A DNA stretch of 33,904 nt from an uncultured Oligoflexus sp. (GTDB lineage: Bacteria; Bdellovibrionota_B; Oligoflexia; Oligoflexales; Oligoflexaceae): positions 1-33,904 of the forward strand of contig CAXSGP010000050.1 in NCBI GenBank assembly GCA_964236955.1, given 5' to 3'. Both the position numbers and the translations under genes were made by a program. Positions 9,120 to 17,319 of the stretch are shown piece by piece. The number at the start of each line of letters is the position of its first letter. The first letter of the stretch is position 1. Under the pieces are notes generated by a model. That model made no database searches. It was given only the letters and a program-made list of their open reading frames with translations, and had not been told where the DNA came from.

Positions 9120-9780
9120 CGGGATGGCCTTCAAAGAGAGGGGTAAAAAGATTGTACGAAAATATAGATAAAAGACAGCAGCAGGCAAAACCAGCGCTGT
9201 CCAGCCAAAAGCCTTGCAACTCTCTACCCAAAGCTAAGGATTTGATATTTGTGGTATTTATCTGCACAGATCTTTGACAGATGTAAAGGAAGAAGGGATT
9301 CAGGTCTATGTGCGATACGCGAGCCAACCTAGCTTTTGCGACAATTCCCCAAAGTCGCCATCATCAAAAGGCCAGCCCTGCTTACGAAGGGGTGGCTCAA
9401 GGAGCCGGGATCGAAAGCTCAGGCCGATAGCCACAGGGTTCCTTGCGTTTTTCTCTGTTAATTTCATGGCGGAGCCTACTGATAGGCACCTAAACCAGCT
9501 TTCGTCACACGCGATCCATCGATTCCAGGGGCTTAAGTTCGGGTAGCGAGTGCCAGGGATTAACGCGTAGACTATCGCCAGGCTTTGTTGCTGGTGAGGG
9601 TGGCGTCAGCTGTTGCAGCAATATCCTGGACTGCCGTTTTCATGCTTAGGGAAGCAACCCGGAAAAAATTGCAATGCTACCTGGCCTTCTTTTGGCAATC
9701 CACAGGGAATGGTGCAGGGGGGGAGCCGCGACTTGCAGCAGGGGGGCATTCAGAGCACAGGCGTGGTTTGAGAGCTAGAA

Positions 9781-9811
9781 TAAGAAAGGGGGAGAGTCTC
9801 ACGACTCTCCC
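9781..9811 (-). terminator. Rho-independent terminator of the 600-aa gene
   Basis: Minus strand GGGAGAGTC-GTGA-GACTCTCCC (GNRA loop) followed by CCTTTCTTA. Confidence 0.75.
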
Positions 9812-9841
9812 TCGCTCTTTGAGGACCTAAGATACTGCGGC

Positions 9842-11644
9842 TTATTTATTGGCTTTCAGAGTCAGTGCAACTGGGGTGATTGTACAGTTGTCCATTTGAA
9901 CCGGGTCGACGAACATACAGTCTTGTGTGACAACAAAGTCAGCGATTGCTGGAGGAGTGACGAGAACATCCTGCTTGAACTTGGCGATTACGCTTGGGTA
10001 GATCGCTTGGAAAACACCGCGGTTGATGAATCCTGTTTCGTTGTTAAGAGCGTTAAAGATACCTGAGAACTGTGGGTCAAGCAAAAGAAGGCTGAAGTCG
10101 CGATCGGTAATGTCAAGCTCTGCAAGTACGTCTTTCTTGGTCAAAGGACGGTTGTAGAAGCGGAAGGTCAAGTCAACTGGATCCGGCTTCGTCGAGTCGA
10201 TACCGATGGCAGAAAGAGATGCTGTGTAACGAGCGTTTTCTTTGTCGATCAGTCTGTTAAATTCGGTTGGGTTGTAGATCTTATTGATACGGGCAAGGTC
10301 AGCCGAACCGATAAGGGCTTTGTTTTGGCCGATACCCAGCAGGATCGAATCCGATTGCTTCAAGAGACCCGCGTTGTGACAGCTCATACAAGAAAGACCG
10401 TTGGTGATCGCAAGCGACATCTCGGGCGGCGCAGAGTTCTGACGAACAACGTTGATCGGGCCTTTGTCAAGTAGAGTACCAGCAGCGTTGATCAGATAAT
10501 AACCAAACAAACCGTTTGGAAGAGAGTAGATGACTTCACCACCGTCGTGGTTGAATTCAAGGCTTCCGCCGTTCGTACCCTTAGGACCAAGTGGCGACTT
10601 GTTGATGTTGTGCTCGTCAAGATCGGCCTGTTCTGCATTTTTCGTGATACCTTGAGCGTTTGTGAAAACGTCATTTAATTTTAAGTTGAAAAAGTCATAG
10701 CTGATCCAGTAGCTACCATCGGAGATGGTGTGATGCTCAACCATACGGTTACTGAAGGAAACGTTCGAGTTATCGAAGCCGGTACGAACGACTTGATCCT
10801 GAATGATGTTTGCAATCCGACGGTCAACCTTGGCGACGCCGCCTTCGTTGATGATCAAGGCGGGGTTAAGCTTAGCAGCGGCGGCAGGGTTCGCTGCCGT
10901 GATGCTTGCGACCGAAACGCGGCCACCGATGGTTTGTTCTTCGAAATCAGAAAGATTCTGAGGAATACCAACCAGTTTCGCATAGAGAATGGGGAGTGGA
11001 GCTGTTGCGTTAAACCAGTCCATACGGATGGCATAGTTGTTGGTTTTCAAAAGGCCGCGAATTGTCGCGTCGATTTGTTGGTTGGTGATACTTTCGGTGT
11101 CACCGATATCTTCGAAAGTCTGGGAGAAGGGATAGTGCTCGGTCATCACTTGGTCAAAGGTTGCGGCATCGATGTTCAGATCGTCAAGGTTAACGCGGTA
11201 GACGATTTTATCAGCATCGATCGCCGTGGGTTGAACCAGGCTGCTTTTGGTCGACATACTGTTGATAGCTTTTTTGAAGGCTGCGCGCTGTACATCTAGG
11301 CTGTCCGAACCCAATCCAGCGTTGCTTGGAACTTGCAGTGTGAAGTAACGAGTCTTAGACTGGTCACCAGGGCTAACTGACAAAGCATCGTTTTGGATCG
11401 CCTTGAGGATCGATGAATATTTGATTTGCGCTAGGAACGTGACCTTGCCATCGGCTGTCGCGTTTGGTTTTGCAGCTGCTGGAGTTGCAGGTTTAACATC
11501 TCCCGTTGCAGGTGCTGGGCTAGTAGAGTATGGAGTCTGAGCAACTGGTTTCGCAGTTACTGGTGTCGAAGGCGACGAGTCAAGTGAACACCCTTGCAGT
11601 GCGATGACCCCTGCGACTAGCAGGCTTTTTCTCGTTTTTCTCAT
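9842..11644 (-). CDS. Large lipoprotein with one heme-c motif (CMSCH); function unknown
   Basis: Signal MRKTRKSLLVAGVIALQG-C; Pro/Ala/Thr-rich linker; blocks NRMVEHH, YWISYDF, FNHDGGEVIYSLPNGL and NGLSCMSCH; AGGGG RBS. Confidence 0.85.
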   Translation of the reverse strand: MRKTRKSLLVAGVIALQGCSLDSSPSTPVTAKPVAQTPYSTSPAPATGDVKPATPAAAKPNATADGKVTFLAQIKYSSILKAIQNDALSVSPGDQSKTRYFTLQVPSNAGLGSDSLDVQRAAFKKAINSMSTKSSLVQPTAIDADKIVYRVNLDDLNIDAATFDQVMTEHYPFSQTFEDIGDTESITNQQIDATIRGLLKTNNYAIRMDWFNATAPLPILYAKLVGIPQNLSDFEEQTIGGRVSVASITAANPAAAAKLNPALIINEGGVAKVDRRIANIIQDQVVRTGFDNSNVSFSNRMVEHHTISDGSYWISYDFFNLKLNDVFTNAQGITKNAEQADLDEHNINKSPLGPKGTNGGSLEFNHDGGEVIYSLPNGLFGYYLINAAGTLLDKGPINVVRQNSAPPEMSLAITNGLSCMSCHNAGLLKQSDSILLGIGQNKALIGSADLARINKIYNPTEFNRLIDKENARYTASLSAIGIDSTKPDPVDLTFRFYNRPLTKKDVLAELDITDRDFSLLLLDPQFSGIFNALNNETGFINRGVFQAIYPSVIAKFKQDVLVTPPAIADFVVTQDCMFVDPVQMDNCTITPVALTLKANK

Positions 11645-11742
11645 TTCTTAGGTCCCCTGTTATGAAGTTTCAAAGCCGTTTCTTTTACTGCATCTTTGGC
11701 TAGTGAGCTAAGTTCGTTCGCTACTTGTTGCAGTCAAAAAAC

Positions 11743-11774
11743 TTATCGGCCCTGCTTTCCGGAAAATGAACTTT
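11743..11774 (-). promoter_or_regulatory. Sigma28 (FliA)-like promoter, copy 1
   Basis: Perfect -10 GCCGATAA (11743-11750, minus strand) ~100 nt upstream of the 600-aa gene. The -35 is only partial; palindrome TTTCCGGAAA lies in the spacer. Confidence 0.55.
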
Positions 11775-12066
11775 TTGTTTTTTCGTCTTAGGAAATCAAT
11801 CATTTCAATGGCTAAGAGAGAATTTAAAAAAAGCTATTATTTTTCCAAGTCGGCTTGCAAGGCGGGGGATATGTCGGAGACGAAAGAATTATTAATCCAG
11901 TGGCCTTCCCATCATACCTGGAGAAATAAGCCAGCAACTGAAAACGGGTTCTAAGGTCCCAATTCGCCTATTTCTTATACAGCCCCATCCTGATAACCTG
12001 TCTTGACGACCAAACTCCTTAGCAATCGAACCCAGGCGTTGGCAGGACCCACGTGACTTCAAGGGA

Positions 12067-12095
12067 GTATCGGCAATCTTTCCGGAAAAACCTTT
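12067..12095 (-). promoter_or_regulatory. Sigma28 (FliA)-like promoter, copy 2
   Basis: Minus strand AAAGGTTTTTCCGGAAAGATT-GCCGATAC, with the same TTTCCGGAAA palindrome, just downstream of a terminator. Confidence 0.5.
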
Positions 12096-12119
12096 CCGTC
12101 GCGAAACCGGGCTGAAACG

Positions 12120-12146
12120 AAAAAAGGACCCGCTCGGGTCCTTTTT
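12120..12146. terminator. Bidirectional rho-independent terminator
   Basis: AAAAAGGACCC-GCTC-GGGTCCTTTTT, 13 nt after the cytochrome gene stop. Confidence 0.85.
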
Positions 12147-12159
12147 AATGAAAGATCGA

Positions 12160-12615
12160 TCAGTCCTCGGGGACGTAATCTTTAGCCAGTACGGCGGCTA
12201 TCATCTCCGGCTCCTGGCCTCCCTCTTCTTCAATGTTGGGCCAAACGAGGTTTTTGTGAGTAGGAAAGTTACGAACGTAGCGATCTCTGATCTTACCAAC
12301 ATCGGTTCTGCCACGGCGATTGGTCGTCTTAATGTCTCCATGACACTGGGAGCAAAGCGTGGTGTAGAGCACGGCTCCAGCCTTTAGAAAACCGGCCTCC
12401 GAGAGCGGCGCCTGACCGTCTTCGATCGGCTTCAAACTTCCAACCAGGACCCCACTTGCTGGGACGGAGTCACCCGTAGAGACATAAAGAGTATTGCCTC
12501 CGGCCTTGGTGGCTTTAGGACTATCGGGAGACGCTTCCGAACAGGCGGAGACTCCCACGATGATTAAGAGTATAGCGGTAGCTAAGGTATGGTTAATGAT
12601 AATTACCTCACGCAT
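12160..12615 (-). CDS. Small monoheme cytochrome c lipoprotein
   Basis: Hydrophobic signal ending VSA-C; GAVLYTTLCSQCHG (G..LY...CxxCHG) motif. Confidence 0.8.
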   Translation of the reverse strand: MREVIIINHTLATAILLIIVGVSACSEASPDSPKATKAGGNTLYVSTGDSVPASGVLVGSLKPIEDGQAPLSEAGFLKAGAVLYTTLCSQCHGDIKTTNRRGRTDVGKIRDRYVRNFPTHKNLVWPNIEEEGGQEPEMIAAVLAKDYVPED

Positions 12616-12638
12616 TAAAGCAGCGGGCTATGCCAGGC

Positions 12639-12660
12639 TTAAAGAAAAATCTTTCTTTAA
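12639..12660. promoter_or_regulatory. Perfect 9-bp inverted repeat TTAAAGAAA-N4-TTTCTTTAA, candidate operator
   Basis: Seen directly, 24 bp upstream of the cytochrome ORF. Confidence 0.45.
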
Positions 12661-12982
12661 GATGCTTTCGCTACTGTTAATTATTAAATTGTTAACGGAT
12701 CGGAGCGTAAATATAAGAGGCAATCTATGGAGTATTTCGCATTTTTATTCCCTTTCTCATTAGACGTAGCCGAGTCCCGCAGACAGCATTGCAAAAAGCA
12801 AGCCCTTTTTTATTAAAAACCCAGGATTTTTTTGGGCTATGATTTTAAGATCTTGAAAATTGATTTTTGCGGATGAATGGCCAGAGAATTAAAACTGTAA
12901 AAACTGTCGGCGATTTGTTCTGGACAGTGACTAAACTCTAAACGTTTGGCTGCCGCCAATGCCGGCCCCGCCCCCTCAAGCT

Positions 12983-14032
12983 CTATATCGGCTGATTGAC
13001 GGCTGCGCAGCTTAAAAAGAATTCTCCCAGCTGGGTTCGTTTCATAGCGATTAAGACCGTCCCATGATATTCGTAAGTTTCTTGAAGAAAAACCAGGGGA
13101 GTCCGGGCGAGGGAGTCGTGCAGGTGGTTGCAGTAGGCGGCACTGATATGCGACCAGAAGAGTACCGATAGATCCTGACTTGAGATCAGCTTGTGCAAAA
13201 GTGAATGAAAGAATGCGAGTTCGTGATGATAGAGCACCCACACACTCATGCTCTGTACCCAGTTTGGTCTTAAGCCGATGGCGCCCACCAGCTTTTGAAT
13301 CTGTTCGGCCGTCATGTGCTCTAGAATCTGCTTGGCGTTGTAGGGATCGGCCATGTAGCTCGCAAGGAATTCATATTTGCCGCTGCCAAGGCATATCTTT
13401 AAAATATCGGCGGTGAGCAGTACCTTGCTATAGGCCTCCAGACAATTGTCGATCATCCCTGCTGCAAAATAGGATTCGCCCGCTTTTTTGTAGTAGTGAA
13501 AATCGATTGCCGCCGCCTTTTCATAACTTCTTGCGGCGTTGTCATGTTTACTATCCAGCGTAAAGCATTCGGCGGCTTTGGCAAACTGATTATTCCGATC
13601 GTAGATGATGGCGGCCCGGTAAGGGACGTTCATCCGCATAAGAATCTGGGCCGCATCTTCGATCAAGCCGTTGAACTCCAGCAAATCGATCGCCTTACGC
13701 TGAAATCCTATCGATTCAAATAAGCGCGACGCCTCACGAAAATTTTTATGCGCAGCCAGATCCTCGGCCTGCTTATGGATCAATTTTTGCGCCGGTGTCA
13801 ACTGATCGTAGAGATCGGTGCGACGGACGATGACAGGGGCAGCAGCGGCTGCAGGCTGGGCCGCACCTTGCCGCAGTTTGGCTGCGTTGCCATGAGCTTT
13901 GACCTTATTTTTCAGATCTTTATAAGAAAGTATAAAATTTCTTAAAAAGATATAAACGAACACCATTGCCACCAGCACGGCGGGAAGCAAAAATTTGCTC
14001 AGAGTGACGAGATCGAGGGGCAATCGCTTCAC
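12983..14032 (-). CDS. Membrane-anchored helical-repeat (TPR/SNAP-like) protein
   Basis: N-terminal TM helix and Ala-rich linker, then repeats KAIDLLE, RAAIIYD, KAAECF, AARSYEKA and KAGESYFAAG. Confidence 0.75.
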   Translation of the reverse strand: MKRLPLDLVTLSKFLLPAVLVAMVFVYIFLRNFILSYKDLKNKVKAHGNAAKLRQGAAQPAAAAAPVIVRRTDLYDQLTPAQKLIHKQAEDLAAHKNFREASRLFESIGFQRKAIDLLEFNGLIEDAAQILMRMNVPYRAAIIYDRNNQFAKAAECFTLDSKHDNAARSYEKAAAIDFHYYKKAGESYFAAGMIDNCLEAYSKVLLTADILKICLGSGKYEFLASYMADPYNAKQILEHMTAEQIQKLVGAIGLRPNWVQSMSVWVLYHHELAFFHSLLHKLISSQDLSVLFWSHISAAYCNHLHDSLARTPLVFLQETYEYHGTVLIAMKRTQLGEFFLSCAAVNQPI

Positions 14033-14305
14033 ATTGATGTCCTGTTAGAATTGGTACTCAGAAGTATAGGACAAATCCCAGTTGGGGAGAATCCTAAAGA
14101 GGCCCTCCCTGCTCGTCCCCTCGCACCTGATCAGGTTAAAGGGGCAAGCGCAGCCGGCGTCTCACGACTTACAATTTAGGCAGCGGCCACTTCTGCAGCG
14201 GTATAGGTCATTAAAAACAGGAATGAGCAAAGATAGGAAAAAGCCTGACGATTGGCAGCGGAGCCCTGGATAAGGACGAGCTGGGCTGAGGCCTGGCCAA
14301 GCTCC

Positions 14306-15868
14306 CTAGGCTTTCTTACGGTAGGAAAGTATCGTACGGATCAACTCGTCATGTTCAACCAGCTTTGACAGATGGGTCGAGACACCGGCCTTGATGCAGC
14401 GATCGAGTTCTTCTTTAACCGTATGCGCCGTCAAAGCCACAATGGGTTTCTGAAAACCTTTAGCACGCAAAAGAGCGGTCGTCTCACAGCCATCCAACTC
14501 GGGCATCTGTATGTCCATAAGCACCAGATCGGCCTCAAGCGCCTCTAAGGTTTCAATCGCCTTGATGCCGCTGTTCACTCCCGTCACATCCGCTCCCGCC
14601 AGGCTTAGAATCCGGGTCATAAGCATCAGGATGTCTTTAGCGTCATCGACGATAAGGATCTTAAGGCCCGCAAGCACCTTATCCCGGAAAAAATCCTTCA
14701 TATTTTCCGTCGTCGTGCGCGGCAATCCGGCTGGCGCCTCGACCGCCTTGCCGGCGACCTCAATCACAAAGGTCGAGCCGACATTGAGCTCCGATTTATC
14801 AAGCATGACGTCCCCTCCCAAGGCTCTGGCAAGCTGCCGCGCAATGACCAAGCCAAGGCCTGTCCCTCCGTAGCGACGCGTCGTCGAGCTGTCGGCCTGG
14901 GCAAAGGGCTGAAACAGACGCTCGCTCTGCTCGGCTGTGAGTCCGCAGCCGGTATCGCTGATTTCGAAGCGAAGGTAAAACTTGTCACTAGCGATAGATC
15001 GCGTCGAAATTTTAACTGCAACATGGCCTTTTTCCGTAAACTTTATCGCATTGCTGATGACATTGACCAAGATCTGGCGGATGCGGGTGGGATCGGAAAG
15101 AAAGGTCAATTTCATCTCCGGGTCCAGGCCTTTAATGCTAAACTCAATGCCTTTTTCCTGCGCCCTAAAACCAAGCACTGCCTGCAGGTCATTCAATAGC
15201 TCGGGCATATATACCGGTATCGATTCAACCTCGATCCGGCCCGCTTCAATCTTCGATAGATCCAGCACATCATCGATCAAACGGGAGAGCAGGCGAGCAT
15301 TGCGCAGTATCGTTTCCACCCCTGTCAGCTGATCCGCCTCCGATAGCGTCTTATGATTAAGAAGCTCGGAAAAACCTAAGATCGAGCCCAAAGGCGTGCG
15401 GATTTCATGACTCATATTCGCCAGAAATTGACTCTTGGCACGACTGGCCTCCTCGGCCTGCTCCTTAAGCGTGATGAGATCGAGGCGTTGACGATAGAGA
15501 TCAATGAAGACCCTGACCTTGCTCCGCACAACAAAGGGCGACAGGGGCTTGAGCAGAAAGTCCACGGCGCCATGCTCATAGCCGGCAAACACCGCCTCGG
15601 GACCAAGGTTGGCGGCCGTCACAAAAATAATGGGAATATTGCGGCTCCGTTCCGCGCCACGCATCAGTTCGGCCAGCTCAAAGCCTGACATGCCTGGCAT
15701 CTGGACATCAAGTAACGCTAAAGCAAAATCATGATCGATGATGAGATTGAGGGCCTCCTCGCCCGACTGAACACTCAGAACTTCCACCTCGGGACTTTCA
15801 ATCAACTTGGCAAGGGCTAGAATATTTTCCGACTTATCGTCGGCAATGAGAATTTTGGCTCGTGTCAT
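14306..15868 (-). CDS. Hybrid sensor histidine kinase REC-HisKA-HATPase-REC
   Basis: N-terminal receiver (LLDVQMP), H-box [15 protein letters not shown] boxes (NAIKFT, DTGCG, GGTGLGL) and C-terminal receiver (MDIQMP). The start at 15868 overlaps the cheB stop (ATGA). Confidence 0.95.
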   Translation of the reverse strand: MTRAKILIADDKSENILALAKLIESPEVEVLSVQSGEEALNLIIDHDFALALLDVQMPGMSGFELAELMRGAERSRNIPIIFVTAANLGPEAVFAGYEHGAVDFLLKPLSPFVVRSKVRVFIDLYRQRLDLITLKEQAEEASRAKSQFLANMSHEIRTPLGSILGFSELLNHKTLSEADQLTGVETILRNARLLSRLIDDVLDLSKIEAGRIEVESIPVYMPELLNDLQAVLGFRAQEKGIEFSIKGLDPEMKLTFLSDPTRIRQILVNVISNAIKFTEKGHVAVKISTRSIASDKFYLRFEISDTGCGLTAEQSERLFQPFAQADSSTTRRYGGTGLGLVIARQLARALGGDVMLDKSELNVGSTFVIEVAGKAVEAPAGLPRTTTENMKDFFRDKVLAGLKILIVDDAKDILMLMTRILSLAGADVTGVNSGIKAIETLEALEADLVLMDIQMPELDGCETTALLRAKGFQKPIVALTAHTVKEELDRCIKAGVSTHLSKLVEHDELIRTILSYRKKA

Positions 15869-16464
15869 ACAGCACCCTGGTGCAAATTGGATTCGTCGTT
15901 TACAAGCCTGGCTAAAAATGCGGGAATGTCCTGAAGATCGAGCACAAAATCCACGCAATTCGTTTTGATCGCTGTGCGCGGCATCATTGCCGCCCGCGCC
16001 GTGTGGGGATTTTGCACCACCGTCGTCCCCCCGAGCTTTTTGATCTTTTGCATGCCGAGGGCCCCGTCGGCGTTGGCGCCTGTTAAGATCAGGCCAATCA
16101 AGCTCTTGCCATAGGCTTTAGCCGCTGATTCAAAGAGCACATCAATTGAGGGCCGGGACCAGTTGACGGGAGCATCAAGACTTAAACCGAAATAGCCATC
16201 CTGCTCCACATAAAGGTGATAGCCCGGCGGGGCGAAGTGAATGGTCCCCGGCCTGATCTTCTGTTTGTCCTCAACTTCGACGACTTCAAAACCTGAAAGC
16301 TCGCGAAAAATCATCTGATAATTCAATCGGGCATTTTTATCGATATGCTGACACACGATAACTGTCGCATGCAAAGCCTGGCGTAGACCTGCAAATATCA
16401 CCGTTAACGCCTCAAAACCTCCGGTTGAGGCGCCTATGACGATTACATACCTACCGATACTCAT
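15865..16464 (-). CDS. cheB: CheB-type methylesterase (catalytic domain only)
   Basis: [20 protein letters not shown] and LTGANADGA motifs; no receiver domain. Confidence 0.95.
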   Translation of the reverse strand: MSIGRYVIVIGASTGGFEALTVIFAGLRQALHATVIVCQHIDKNARLNYQMIFRELSGFEVVEVEDKQKIRPGTIHFAPPGYHLYVEQDGYFGLSLDAPVNWSRPSIDVLFESAAKAYGKSLIGLILTGANADGALGMQKIKKLGGTTVVQNPHTARAAMMPRTAIKTNCVDFVLDLQDIPAFLARLVNDESNLHQGAV

Positions 16465-16491
16465 AAGCCCTCGCTATCGTTTCGCAATGGC

Positions 16492-17319
16492 TCACAGCTT
16501 GCGATATATTTTAGCATCTTTGCTAAAAGCTTCTAATTGAATCTTGGCCTTAAGAAAGCTTGCGGATTCCTTGCTGCCCAGACATAAAAAACCCCGGTGA
16601 CTTAAACTTCTGGTCATAAGATTCACTACTCGATCCTGCAGGTTCCGGTCAAAGTAAATCAGGACATTGCGGCAGACAACGAGCTGAGCATCGATAAAGG
16701 CTTCGTCGCTTGCTAGATTATGCGTGCTGAAAACCACGTTTTTCTTTATTTCCGTACGGATCGTGGCCGTTTCGTCATTGCACGTGTAGTAGTTGGAAAA
16801 GGGCAGAGTGCCCCCCGCCTTTTGATAGGCCTTGGTCATCTCCTTGACCTTAGCCACCGCATAGCGGCCCTCCTGAGCCGTCTGAAGGACGACGGGATTG
16901 ATGTCAGTCGCATAAATCGTCGATCGCTCGTAGAGACCTGCCTCGGTCAAGAGGATAGCGAGAGAATACACCTCCTCGCCCGTGCTGCAGCCGGCATGCC
17001 AGATATTCAGAAAAGGATAGGTCTGCAGAATGGGTAAGACTTCGCTGCGCAGTGCGGCAAAGAAAAATGCGTCCCGAAACATCTCCGTCGTCTGCACTGT
17101 AATTTCGTCTAAGGCCTTCTCAAAAAACGGCGGATCCCTCAGGATGCGATACTGAAGGTGAGAGAAGCTTGGCAGACTCCATTTTAAGAGCAGCGCATCC
17201 AGCCGACGGCGTAATGATGCGCGCGCGTACTGCCGAAAGTCATAGCCATGCCGCAGCCAGATGGCTTCGAGCAAGAGTTCAAATTCGATGTCTTCGGCCA
17301 TAATCATTTTAGAACTCAC
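16492..17319 (-). CDS. cheR: CheR-type protein-glutamate O-methyltransferase
   Basis: GYDFRQY..SLRRR, TEMFRD, IWHAGCSTGEEVYS, ATDIN and CRNVLIYF motifs; alternative ATG at 17307. Confidence 0.96.
   Translation of the reverse strand: MSSKMIMAEDIEFELLLEAIWLRHGYDFRQYARASLRRRLDALLLKWSLPSFSHLQYRILRDPPFFEKALDEITVQTTEMFRDAFFFAALRSEVLPILQTYPFLNIWHAGCSTGEEVYSLAILLTEAGLYERSTIYATDINPVVLQTAQEGRYAVAKVKEMTKAYQKAGGTLPFSNYYTCNDETATIRTEIKKNVVFSTHNLASDEAFIDAQLVVCRNVLIYFDRNLQDRVVNLMTRSLSHRGFLCLGSKESASFLKAKIQLEAFSKDAKIYRKL

Noticed and set aside
9361..9450. c-di-GMP-I riboswitch call
   Set aside because: GNRA loop and receptor are absent and there is no same-strand downstream gene; kept only as an unknown structured element.
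9274..9830. 90-aa and 81-aa plus-strand ORFs
   Set aside because: TTG starts without an RBS and no protein-like features.
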